NCBI GenBank assembly: GCA_032718475.1
Contig: JAUCBJ010000454.1
Span: 1-39,059, forward strand
Reading direction: 5' to 3'
From: Nemertoderma westbladi
Lineage: Eukaryota; Animalia; Xenacoelomorpha
DNA: 39,059 nucleotides
This document shows positions 12,848-25,484 of this stretch, piece by piece. Numbering within the stretch: position 1 is the first letter of the stretch; each line of letters starts with the position of its first letter. The notes beneath the pieces were generated by a model. The model had not been told where the DNA came from. It was given only the letters and a program-made list of their open reading frames with translations, and ran no database searches. The position numbers and the translations under genes were made by a program.

Positions 12848-15800
12848 AAATTAATAATACTAATTAATGAAAAATAAATGATAAAAAAACTATCATCACT
12901 GGATGACAGAGGTTGTTTTTTAACCGCCGCAAGGCGGAAAAGGGCTTTAGCCCTCACTAACTACTATATACACCTCACCCAATACTAAAAATCCGGGAAT
13001 GTGGAAGAAAGGGGGGTATTTGGGCGAGTTAGGGTATAAGGGGGCGCTTAGGGGGCAAGCCGACCATCCCAGTAGGTGGATAGACCCCCTATTAACTTTC
13101 TAAATTTTGATTTCGAGCGAATCCGACCGACGGTTTTCGAGTTGGGCCCAATGGAACGTTTTAGAAATTTGAATTTCCCGCCAAACGCTACAGCCAAACT
13201 GGCTATAGATGGAGACTAGCGGCCAACGGGATCGCGTAGGGGGTATAGATGTTAGTCCAGCTCATTCTTTTTTTGGAACGACTCGACCTATAGGGGCCGA
13301 TCGGTAGCTGATCGAACACGATCTTTACGATCTTTGGCGAAATACGTCCGGAAGGAGTGGGAATTTGGGAAAAGTTTGAAAGTAGAAAATGTTCCTCACC
13401 CCCGAATTATGCTAGACGGACCCGATAAAAATTTGAAAAAAATTAATTCTAGGGGGTCTACGGGGCCAACGAAGCTTTCCGATTGGACGATATTATTTTC
13501 GCCTATTACTACGGGAAGGAACGGTTTTAAGTTAAAACATGTACAAGAGATATGGTCGGGAAGCTCGAGCTCTATCCAACGGAAGCGGTCCCGGGATCGT
13601 AAATTAAGAAGTTCTCGAGATATAGAGGAAAATTAACGAGTCGTTAAAAAATGCAGTAATTAGCAATTAGCGCTAATTAAGAGTGAATTAATTAATCGAA
13701 TCTCGAAATTAACGGTGCCAATCGATGGGAAATAACGAGAGGAGCTCGCCAATTTTTTAAATTTTCGAAAAGACCCAGCGGAAGCCGAGATAAATGGATT
13801 TTCGTAAAATTGGGGTTCCGACCACCTAGTCGAATATCGGAGGCGAATCACCACCTTTGGGAAATAGGCAAAAATATACCGAAAAAGCAAAACGAGCGAT
13901 ATTGATTTAAAATTCGAAACTTTTTGGTCGACACGGGCTCGCTAGTGGATGATATACACTATTTTAGTCAATTTATCCAAAAGGGTCATTTTTATGATCT
14001 TTGATCATGATCTTTATGATCTTTGGCCTAAAGCATGGAATAATAGTATTTTTATATTAAATTGTAATTCGTACATTATAAGCAAAGTCTATGGGGCCAT
14101 TTTCAGACATACTTTAAAATTTATCTTTGAAATTTAAATCATTTGTTCACCCAGCCATGCAATGGCTGGGTGAACCACCAAAATATTAAGCAATGATATC
14201 CGCAAAGCCTTTAAATATATTATTAGGGTGGTGGGTGGGGCTAGTGGTGCTAGTGTTTATACATAGTTAGGTAATGATTGTATATATAGCGAGTTCTTAA
14301 AACAGGGAATGAATATAACTTTATGTTACATAAGACAGTAAATTTCGATATTCCGATTTACAAATACACACTATCGCCACCTTTTAGGGTAGGGGAGAAT
14401 ACAACTGGTTATAGCGGAATAACTATGTACGAGATACTTCTTCGACTTCTACATTAGAACAATTACAGTACTATAGCTCTTTAAACTAATTCTAGAACTC
14501 CGTTTACCTACTAAAAAACAAATAAATATAATTAAATTTATAATAATAATAATAATAATAATAACAAGGTCTACTAAAATATACACAAGCTATACTGATC
14601 AAGAATAAATGATAAAAAAACTCACATCACTGGATGACAGAGGTTGTTTTTTTACCGCCGCAAGGCGGAAAAGGGCTTTAGCCCTCACTAACTACTATAT
14701 ACACCTCACCCAATACTAAAAATCCGGGAATGTGGAAGAAAGGGGGGTAGATGGGCGAGTTAGGGTATAAGGGGGCGCTTAGGGGGCAAGCCGACTATCC
14801 CAGTAGGTGGATAGACCCCCTATTAACTTTCTAAATTTTGATTTCGAGCGAATCCGACCGACGGTTTTCGAGTTGGGCCCAATGGAACGTTTTAGAAATT
14901 TGAATTTCCCGCCAAACGCTACAGCCAAACTGGCTATAGATGGAGACTAGCGGCCAACGGGATCGTGTAGGGGGTATAGATGTTAGTCCAGCTCATTCTT
15001 TTTTTGGAACGACTCGACCTATAGGGGCCGATCGGTAGCTGATCGAACACGATCTTTACGATCTTTGGCGAAATACGACCGGAAGGAGTGGGAATTTGAG
15101 AAAAGTTTGAAAGTAGAAAATGTTCCTCACCCCCGAATTATGCTAGACGGACCCGATAAAAATTTGAAAAAAATTAATTCTAGGGGGTCTACGGGGCCAA
15201 CGAAGCTTTCCGATTGGACGATATTATTTTCGCCTATTACTACGGGAAGGAACGGTTTTAAGTTAAAACATGTACAAGAGATATGGTAGGGAAGCTCGAG
15301 CTCTATCCAACGGAAGCGGTCCCAGGATCGTAAATTAAGAAGTTCTCGAGATATGGAGGAAAATTAACGAATCGTTAAAAAATGCAGTAATTAGCAATTA
15401 GCGCTAATTAAGAGCGAATTAATAAATCGAATCTCGAAATTAACGGTGCTAATCGATGGGAAACAACGGGAGGAGCTCGCCAATTTTTTAAATTTTCGAA
15501 AAGACCCAGCGGAAGCCGAGATAAATGGATTTTCGTAAAATTGGGCTCCCGACCACCTAGTCGAATATCTGAGGCGAATCGCCACCTTTGGGAAATAGGC
15601 GAAAATATACCGAAAAAGCAAAATGAGCGATATTGATTTAAAATTCGAAACTTTTTGGTCGATACGGGTTCGCTAGTGGACGATATACACTATTTTAGTC
15701 AATTTATCCAAAAGGGTCATTTTTATGATCTTTGATCATGATCTTTATGATCTTTGGCCTAAAGCATGGAATAAGAGTATTTTTATATTAAATTGTAATT

Positions 15801-16266
15801 GTACGATATAAGCAAAGTCTATGGGGACATTTTCAGACATACTTTAAGATTTATCTTTGAAATTTAAATCATTTGTTCACCCAGCCATGCAATGGCTGGG
15901 TGAACCACCAAAATATTAAGCGATGATATCCGCAAAGCCTTTAAATATATTATAGGGTGGTGGGTGGGGCTAGTGGTTAGTGTTTATACATAGTTAGGTA
16001 ATGATTGTATATATAGCGAGTTGTTAAAACAGGGAATGAATATAACTTTATGTTACATAAGACAGTAAATTTCGATATTCCGATGTACAAATACACACTA
16101 TCGCCACCTTTTAGGGTAGGGGAGAATACAACTGGTTATAGCGGAATAACTATGTACGAGATACTTCTTCGACTTCTACATTAGAACAATTATAGTACTA
16201 TAGCTCTTTAAACTAATTCTAGAACTCCGTTTACCTACTAAAAAACAAATAAATATAATTAAATTT

Positions 16267-16297
<31 letters not shown>

Positions 16298-16506
16298 GGT
16301 CTATTAAAATATACACAAGCTATACTGATCAAGAATAAATGATAAAAAAAACTATATCACTGGATTGCACCATCTATGAATGGGCCTTTTTAATTGGTTT
16401 TAATAAAACAAAGCTTTGCCAAGTATGTGCAATAGTGTTGTCTACCTGCGCGACAACGAATATTTGCACCATTGCACCCCAAATAATGTAGAGCGTAAAT
16501 GGCACA

Positions 16507-16802
16507 TAGGGATGTGAGTTTTCCTGAAATATCTTTTTCAAGGAAATTTCCGGTAAAGTATATTTCATACGTAGTTACGACCACAAGAGACAAGACAACG
16601 AACCACCTAAACACATCTAAGCAGGAAATCCTTGTTTCTAGTGTTTACTCTACTTGTGTTTTACTATATATGTTTTCAGCAGAATGTACTAAATAAAATA
16701 ATTAATAAAATAGGAAATTTCCGGCAAATGTTTAGGAAATTTCCGGAAAAATGTATAGGAAATTTACGATAATTACCAAAGATTTTCTGACTCACATCCC
16801 TA
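16507..16802. mobile_element. ~296-bp MITE with hAT-like TIRs
   Basis: 13-bp TIR TAGGGATGTGAGT ... ACTCACATCCCTA, with internal repeated GGAAATTTCCGG motifs. No TSD recognisable. Confidence 0.7.
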
Positions 16803-16976
16803 CTAATATATTTACATTCAGGTTTCTTTGAAAGGTATTTGCAATAAATAGATTGAAAAGTTAGGGTAATGAAAACGAGATAAAATGTGTCTTTCAGTAT
16901 AGTATAGTCTGTGAGAAGTGCTCGGCGCCGTATGTGCAAACCCCACGCAGTAGAGCCCAGGCCCATACCCCCCACC

Positions 16977-18098
16977 TGTAAAAGCTTTTGCGGACATAAC
17001 AAGTCATTTTCACGCAATGCGCAGAATACTCTAAAATAGCCCTAAAATTGTTCAACTACGCGTCGGAAAGGAATTAGAACCAAGATGACGAAATCTGTCA
17101 GCTGATTCTCTGTGTACGTGGAAGTTTCTTTGTTCCGGCTTTTAGCCAATCAGAACAATTTTCACTTTACGGCTAACAGAGACCTACCTGAGAAACTCGC
17201 GCAATGCATGATGGTTATTATTATTATTTCTGAGAATTAGAACCAACTCAGAATTCTGTGCTTCTGTACGGAAGTTTCAGACTTTGGCCCAGGAACATCT
17301 GATGGCCTTGGTTATAAGAATGTAAATCTATTAACCTGCATCATACTTGTCATTTCACCTGGACCACTGCATAGTAACACATACTGACTGTTCACCGCAC
17401 TGTTTTACTGCTGTTTTATAGTATTAATTGTTGTTATATTAATGGATGTTGATGTTATATTTGGAGAATACCGATAAATAATCATAAACCCCTCAATCTT
17501 ATTGATTACTGAGGTAAGAGGAATAGAGTCTACCGGTAGCAACTGCGACTTAAATTATTGTGGTTTTGTGTGAATTAAATGCTATTTCATAATCCCTACG
17601 TGTGTCAGTTGCAATCCTCCTTATATATGATCAAATTCAGTGACGGTCGGCAAATTAGTGCGAAGTAGTGTAAAGTAGTGTGAAGTAGTGTAAAGTCGTG
17701 TGATGTAGTGTGAAGGTTAATAAAGCATCTCCTAAAGAATGCGCTATTTACGAAACTCTGTGGCCATCTAGTTGTGATTAGTATAAGTCATAACTCTGTT
17801 TTTATACTTAAAGCGCCACGTCCTAAAGGAACTGTTGATATTTCCCCGAAAGTAAATATAGTTGTCAGAAATTATATAGTAGCGATCAATCGAATAATAC
17901 AGTAGGTCTACACTGCAATACTTCCCAAGGAGTCCGAATCCAGTCTCCCACACCGTGGGTCATACACCGCGCACGGACTGGCTTCGGCAGATATAACTTC
18001 AGTACACCAGGTAATTGGTAAAGGCTAAAGTCGATTTATAAACAAAAGGACAATTAAAATTGGCAGGTTAAACTGCTAAAGGTCTAAAAGTGCGAACA
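16977..18098 (+). mobile_element. Solo LTR of a BEL/Pao retrotransposon (~1.12 kb)
   Basis: TGT...ACA termini and a perfect 5-bp TSD CCACC (16972-16976, 18099-18103). Homologous over its full length to the reverse complement of 25485-26599. Contains a TATATA (~17623) followed by AATAAA (~17719). Confidence 0.9.
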
Positions 18099-18138
18099 CC
18101 ACCACTGACCCGGCCCAAGGCCACCTTGGCCACCACTC

Positions 18139-18152
18139 TAAATCCGGCCCTG
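18139..18152. mobile_element. Probable single TIR end of a hAT-type MITE into which the solo LTR inserted
   Basis: TAAATCCGGCCCTG (= CAGGGCCGGATTTA), a common animal hAT-MITE terminus. The partner end was not found. Confidence 0.35.
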
Positions 18153-19087
18153 GTGATGGGTATTACGATAAATTGCCATTATGACCGCCAGTGAGAAATT
18201 TGGCTACTATTTACTATTTATATCTTTTCAACATACCTGGTGGCTTTCTTTTGTTTCTAATAATTGCTAACCGAAATTTAATATTCTGAAATGTAAAAAT
18301 CATGCTGTCACAAGTCGTTCTCTCTGATTGGACAGTTTTGGTTATTGGCACATAATGACCCTCATAACTGTCATTCACAATTTATGATTTATAAAATAAA
18401 ATTTTGGCAATTTTAACTTACTATTTTGACTGACAAACCGAATAAAAATGGTGTTTTATAGATTTGGTAGACTTTTATTTTGATTTGTCATTATACTTAT
18501 TACCATGGCAACGGGTATGTAAACAAATTCAAATGTAAAATATTTTGATAGACTTTTATTCTCTTTACTCACGTATCAATTCTCAAGAACAGAAAACCTC
18601 GTCGTCTTAAATTACAGGCGCGCAAAGTTTGAACTTTGCACCCGGTTACCTTGGCAACTACAAGATAAAAATTCCAGAAAGACATTTTATTATATTTCTA
18701 TGAATCCTAGTCATCATATCCACCTAACTAAAGTAGCACATAAGAAGTTCCTAAGGAAATATTATGAAAAAGTGCCATAAATAGGGAAAAGATCGGCCTC
18801 CGCTAATTTCAGCAATTCGTTCGCTGCATGACCCGTTATTTAGAACACCTTGTATGCAATATATATAGGCCTACCTAATCATTATCATTCACCACACCAA
18901 TACCATTAATTATTCTTAGGCGACGTATCTCCAGGACAGTAATTAATTATTCTAGAATAAGTAATTATATTATACAATGATTTAACTGTTTTAAGATAAT
19001 AAATGTGACTAATAGTGTATTTAGTTTGTACGAAAGGAAATTTGTAGAATTATTGAAAAATAAAACGAAATTATTATTAAAACGAAA

Positions 19088-20980
19088 CCAGTACTCCACC
19101 GGTTTTCGGTTGAGGTCTCCTTCAGGCCACCACAGAAATCGTAGGCTATCTCGATCCCTAGCTAACGCTTTAACTTGTAGATGCCTTCAATGTCGGAAGC
19201 GAAGGCGATTGAAGATTGCCGCAGTCTTAATAATATTCCCAACAAAGATTGGAGTAAGTTGGGTCCCGGCAACAGTTCTGAATTTAGGGATTGTCCCATA
19301 TAAAGGGCGGAGCCGTCAAACACTACCCGGACTTCGTTTGGTTTACCGGGCTTGGGAACGTAATGATGTGTCAAGTAATACGTTCTCTCCGTTATGGGTG
19401 TTTCTTCCAGAACTCGCTCCACGTATCCCTTGTCTATGAACTTCCTTAATTGAGTCTTATACATCTCTTTGGCTCGATCGTTAGCCGTCAAACGCCGATG
19501 TAGTTGTTCGATTCTTTTTTCCGTTAAAGGTCGGTTATTAACGAAGCTGGGTTCTCTCCGTCTGAAAGGCAGACAAATTTCATAGCGACCCTCCTCTTTC
19601 AGATAACGTGTAGTCGTTTCCTGAATCTGCTTGGCTCTCTCTTCCTCGATGGATAACGCTTTGTTGTAGGAATTAGGCTCTACGGCTTCTTGAGTAAAGA
19701 ATTGTACTGCGTGTTCATCGCGTATCTTACTATTGTACCGCTCTACCGCTTCATTTAGTTCGTTGTCGTAAATCAATCGTTCGTTGTTTTGACCGATAAG
19801 GTTACACAAATTAACTTGGTTTGACCATGTTTGACCAGTGAGGAGTTCAATGGTATTCTCCTTGTCATACAGAATCTGTATATCGTCATTGTCTGAGGAG
19901 CATGGGGTTTCCTCAGCTGGGATTTCATCTTCACTTATGTCTTCCTCACACTCACTTACCTGATGGACTTGCTCTCTCGGAAGTCTTTCTTGCAAAGTCC
20001 TGTGGGAAGGTCCCGTGAAGTACCAACCTACTCTCATTCTTCCCGCGTAGGTCTGGAGTGGTCGCGGTCGAGCAGGCCGTTTTTCTATTGTCTCAAGTGC
20101 TTCATGCGCTTTTTGGCCAAGTAGTATCTGTACCCCTGGATAATCGGTACTGACTCTAGGTATATTGTATTGCTTGGTAAAATGGTCTTCATCCCAGTTG
20201 TAAGGCTCCACTTGGCTAGTAGCAAAGTTCTTTATCGCCACCATTTTAACTGACCTTACACTATTCTCACCTAGTTCATCCTGGGGAGTGGACAACGATC
20301 CAACATAGTAGTCAGTTGATACCGTGGATTTCCAAACCTGCATAATCCCGGAAAGGTTCAGTTTGGTTTGGAACTTTGGTTGACCAACAAAGATATCTTC
20401 GGCCAGGTCTTTGTCAAAAAAGGTGCCTGTACTACCGGAGTCAAGGAGGGCATTCACTATTAAGCTCTTCCCTATTCCATGTACTCTCAGTTGCACCATG
20501 GGGAACTCTCGGATACCGACAGATGGTGTTGAACTTTTCCATGAAAGTTGTCGATCTGGAATAGACAGTCGGTGGTCTTCTCCCTCTGTTTCGGTCTCAT
20601 ACGTAAGTGCTCGATATACAGTTGTGTTGATCATATAACAGGATTCATTTTCGTCGTAAAATTCATCTGTGTAGAATCCTTCCATCTCCGAACTATGGTC
20701 AGTGTCGTTCACATCACTGAATTGTACATGTAGTTCGGGCTCACTCACCTGACTCGTCCGAGTCCTATCAAACTTTGTGTGCAGCAAGATATGATGTTTT
20801 GCACCACACTTAGCACACCTCACGTCTGAGTAACAGGTTTTCCTTTGATGTCCTCGCCTGAGGCAGTTATAACACAATCGTTTACCCACATGACATCACG
20901 TCTATCCTTTAGTTCTTTCTTTAAGAATTCTTCACACCCACTCAAGCGATGTGGCCCGTTGCACAATACACACTTAGGTT
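19088..20980 (-). pseudogene. pol: BEL/Pao zinc knuckles, aspartic protease and N-terminal RT fragment
   Basis: CVLCNGPHRLSGC (other frame), CYNCLRRGHQRKTC, CAKCGAKHHILLH; protease ALLDSGS; RT YYLTHH..VRVVFDGSA..SLNSELLPGPNL..ASDIEG, then a frameshift to DRDSLRFLWW. Confidence 0.9.
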
Positions 20981-21123
20981 TGTTGTTACTTACCTTAACC
21001 TGTATTGTATTTTGTACGCTAGCTCTTTCTTCGGGCTTCCTTCCATGAATTCTCTTGGGATTACCTGTTCCCTCTTGCCACTGGTTCGAGCCTTAGATTT
21101 ACTTAAGTCTTTCCTAACCTTAT

Positions 21124-23475
21124 TTACGTAATAAGATCTCTCGGTGTCCTTGCCACTATTCTCGTCATGAGACGTTTGACTTTCGTAATCATCTGTATAA
21201 CATACTGGACTGATGTTACCTTTCTCCTAGTAACAGGTTTTTCACTTACCTTACTTTCCGGAGTCTTCTCTCTAGACTGTTTTATGAGCTGTAGTCTTAC
21301 CTCTCCGTTTAAGAGCGACATAAGGTCAGCCATGTTTGGATCTCTATGTTGTTGGTCCATCATATAGAGAACCCTTTTGTCCCAGCGAGTACCTACTCCA
21401 CCCTTTGGCAAAGTAGATGCTACGGCTCCAACAACCATAGAACTCTGGTATTCTTGAGACTTACCTAACCAATCTAACTGTCTACAGATCTCCTGAATCT
21501 CATCGGAAAACTCTATAATCCCGCTGCTAAGAAACTTTCTGGGCGCCACTAATTTCACATACAAATATCTAGCTATGTTAGTCCTATTACCATACCTGAT
21601 GTTAAGCGTATCCCATACTTGTCTCAATCCGTCCGGATGTCCAATAAACTTTAACGCCATTAACTTGGGAGGTCCTTCCAAGCACTCGATGAGGAATCGT
21701 AGTTTCTCTCCGCTGGATAGTACGGAGTTTTGTATGTCATCCTTGTAATATTCATTAAAAGATAACCATTTCATCTCATCTCCACTAAACTTGACGACCT
21801 CTCCCACCTTTACCGCTTGATGGGCTTCTGTTCTAGCCATCTGACGTGTGAAGCTTCCTTGAGCCATCGTACTATTTAATATCGAATTATCGGTATATAA
21901 ATTTCTCGGATTATTATCAGATCGGTATGGGATATCATTATCAACAGGCTTATTAATACCCTTAATAGGGTTTACTATAGGAGTTTCTACTTCACTAGCA
22001 GTATAGATGCGTGTAGGCTCCACACATTGCGCATGAAATACTTCAGACCTAACTGGCTGACACATTGTTACAGAGGGTGGTGGTATACCCATTTGTATAT
22101 TTACCAATTTATCGCGTTTGAGAGCGATATTTTGCTGTACTTCTTGCAGCTCTAACTTACTATCTCTTACTGTTCCCTTTAACAGTTGAACAGTCCCTTC
22201 CAATTCTCGGACTTGTTTAGAAGTCTTTATTTTATTATCTTCTAATTGGCCGAGCAATTCTTCCATCCCCCATCGTCCCTCCTCCATCCACTCGACCGCA
22301 GATGCGGGAGTCGCCAACAGAGCAGCTGGATGGCACATCGGGATGACAGGGGACAGTCCAGTTATTATCTCTTGCTCGGCGTCAATAACAGTCTGAGATT
22401 CTGGCAGCTGTCTACTGGACATAGGTAGTTTGGTACTGTGTAAAGGGAATTGAGAGTTGGGTTCTGGGAGCAAAGGGGTCTCTATTAAAGGAGTGGCTTC
22501 GCTAACAGGCCTAATTATTTCTGGCTCATCTACTATAGTAGGGAGTCTTTCTACTCTTATAATTTGGGCTGTTGGCTCTCTATTACTTAAGTCTACATTA
22601 GCTAGCTCCCTTCTCACCGTAGGGGGTAAGTTAGGCAACTTATGCCTGTGGGGCGCTCTTCTACATCCGTTTGAACGAGATTTATTACCTTTACCCTCGG
22701 GATCAGTTGTATCACCTTCATCCGAGGAGGTAAATCCCTGTCTTCTGGGAGTAGATCGACTCAGTAGTTGCATCTGAGTAACTGCTCTTTGTTTATTTAA
22801 GTAATCTTGTTTCGCCTGAAGGCTCTCCAACTCTAGTTGTACTTTCGCTTCAGATGCCCTCCGTTCTGCTTCCGCCACTGCCGCTGCTGATGCCGCTTTT
22901 CTTTCAGCATCTGCCGATGCCACTGCTGCTGCTACTTTTCGGTCTTCTATCTGTCTTTTCTTTATTTGTTCTTGTTTGTCCATTGCGAGGAGGATGCTTT
23001 CATCAAATTTAGCCTGCTCCGCAGCTAATATCTCCGCATCTAAAGAGTCCAAAATGAATTTGGCTCCTTCACTATTGGAGTGAAGTCCAGCTAGACGTCT
23101 CCTTAGCTCTTTGTCACCTATAAATTGATGATAATCCGATAGATAGATGTCAATAGCGTCTTTCTTCTGAGGTTTTTCGGATACTACCTCGCCTTCCACA
23201 TGAGAAAAGGTTGCATCGGTTGATTCTCCGAGGGTTATGCGTTCAGTTAGCTGAACCTTCCATTGTGTTGTTCCCTGGACTTTAGCATTCACTCGTTGGA
23301 ACCAAGTCTTTACTGCCACCTGCAGCGATGTGTCTTGACTTCTCTTCGAGGCCTCTTCAAAGACTGGAAGGATTAATCTTATCCTCAATATACGTTCTCT
23401 CACTTGGTAAAGCAGCTCTCCCTGCTCTTGAGGTCCCTGTGGTTGTTGAAATAACTGTGTTTCTATTCGTCCCAA
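21124..23475 (-). pseudogene. gag: BEL/Pao Gag (coiled coil plus DUF1759-like capsid region), frameshifted; probable original ATG at ~23722
   Basis: 783-aa ORF containing KFSGDEMKWLSFNEYYKDDI..LSSGEKLRFLIECLEGPPK..VWDTLNIRYG, the typical BEL gag motif order. Frame breaks at both ends. Confidence 0.85.
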
Positions 23476-25484
23476 GGAGTTGAAGAATCCCTGGACATAT
23501 CCTGCTGCTGATCTCTTCTATACAGCGGGATCCCGGGTGTCCCTCACTACTCCCATTTGGTATAAGTTTTCCAGGCAGCTTGCGATCCGGGTCTGGGGAA
23601 GTTCCATTGAGTCTCTACAATAGACCTTAGTTCTTCCAATGGGTATCCGGCGTAACTGTCCCTGGGTCACAGATCGTCCTTTCCAAGAGACTATCTGACA
23701 GTGTTTGTTTTGTGTCAGACATAATTTATTTTACAGTTGAATGCCTATTACTATAATAACAGTTAAAGCAAGTCTAGGGGAAATCAGTATCAACTGTCAG
23801 TCTAGTAGTTACCAATATCACTACTCAATGTAACGTGGTATATATCTCGTATTAGAATACCGGTATACACCTATAGTATATATAACAGTATTATAACAGA
23901 CTATGATCAGTCGCAAAATACCGGTATATAAGTTTAGCCTAATTTATATAAATATATAATAAGCTTACTGTAAACACCGGTAATGTCAATAATTTAATAA
24001 TAACTGATTATCCAAATTTTAGGAATTACTTCCCTTTACTTTATTACTGATATTAAGCAGTAGGTTCAACTGATGTTAAGACCTAATTGATGTATAACAG
24101 GCCTATTGATTTATAAATCTGATTGAGTTAATTTATAAATATATATATATATACCCATAATGTGTTTTGTCAATATTTGAAATAAATGTTATTATTTCTG
24201 AGTAAGAAGTCACTACACAGAGGCTGGACGCTCTCAATGGGGTGCTACTTGTTAGACACTAAATACTGATAATTCTACTTAACTAAGTTACTTATCACTA
24301 TGAATTACTTACGTATCGGGTTGAGATTACACAATCTCTAAATAAACAATGAACAAGTTACACATACAATTTTTTAGGGTAATTTAACAAGAAATTTATG
24401 AACCAGACTAACAAGGAGTTAGAATTTCTGGTTCTTACAAACTGACAGGAACTACGGTATTTGAAACCAATAAAGTAGTATTCAATACGTTGCGTTGTCC
24501 AGATAAGGAAATGCCACCGTCTGACGGCTTATAGTCTACACTATAAGCACTACGTACCCGGAGTGTCCTATACCTAGAGATTAATTATCGAAGCCAACCA
24601 GAGCTAACAGACCTATTAACCACGTTACAACACAAATATACTGCCTACGCACTAAATTACTTTCAGGAAAGCGCTGTACTCTAAACCCTAAATTAGGTAC
24701 AAGCACTTATACAACATATAACTAGCAGTTAAATATATGTGAACCGCCAAAAGAACCACGGTATCTGCTAGAGTGACCGGAGCACAAAATCACCAGTCTG
24801 TCCTACGCCAAGCAGTCCTGAAGTAGTACCGGGGTTAATTTAACTATAACAGTATGCATAACAAGCATAATTACTGTAAGGGATAAACTTGGGGACATGA
24901 AGGTTGCAAATACTTGCATAAACTCTGAATAATAAATATTACGCTACCCGTACAGACTATTCAAATAAAACACAGACCAGATGCTGGCAGACTACCGTCA
25001 AGCCTAAATAAACCACAGTATATGCAATCTCTGAAATGGTTAGTTAGTAAGCATTCTAGACTACGTAGTACGACTTATTCTTTAGTGGGGGATTTACCTT
25101 ACAGCACTGGATGCCTCCACTTTCCTAACTAGCACTTTATCGGACAGACACACTACATACACTGTAATCGCCTCAGAACTAACAACAGTCAGACAACAAT
25201 CCGGCCTACAAATTATTTATACAATCTGAGCAGGCTTACACACCTTCTGCTCAATATTACACTTACCGGTAAATAAAACCAACAGAAATAAGTAAAATCC
25301 TAATAAAAACCAGGGCTGCAGTCCCCGATTAAATATTAAGATGTACCGGTATATAATTATCACAATCGAACTAATACTGTTGTACCTGTAAGTACCGGTT
25401 CGGATCAAGCCTACAGTTTACCGTCCGACCGGTACGTTTTGGGTTTATTGCCTACTGGGCAATAAAAGAAATTAAATCTATTAA

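Larger units (their letters stand above)
1..16365. repeat. Tandem array of ~1.74-kb units (~9.4 copies, continues off the left edge); probable concatemer of a non-autonomous Helitron/Helentron-like element
   Basis: Anchor CAAAAGGGTC recurs at 11, 1761, 3479, 5229, 6960, 8713, 10480, 12208, 13978, 15709 (periods 1718-1770). Units carry hairpins and usually an (AAT)n tract, with no credible coding capacity. The array ends abruptly at ...TATCACTGGAT|TGCACC. The tandem structure is certain; the Helentron assignment is inference. Confidence 0.95.

Noticed and set aside
1-16365. Array as rDNA, 5S, snRNA, histone or hammerhead-retrozyme cluster
   Set aside because: No recognisable 5S/U1/U2/U5/tRNA sequence, histone ORF or CTGANGA...GAAA core by eye. 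An Sm-like AATTTTGA at ~886 is too weak alone; an Rfam scan would be decisive.
21124-23475. Domesticated intact gag gene
   Set aside because: Non-ATG start, frameshifts at both ends, and it is still embedded in LTR/pol context.
25395-25410. TTGATCCGAACCGG (minus strand) as a PBS for element 1
   Set aside because: About 75 bp from the LTR end and does not begin with TGG.
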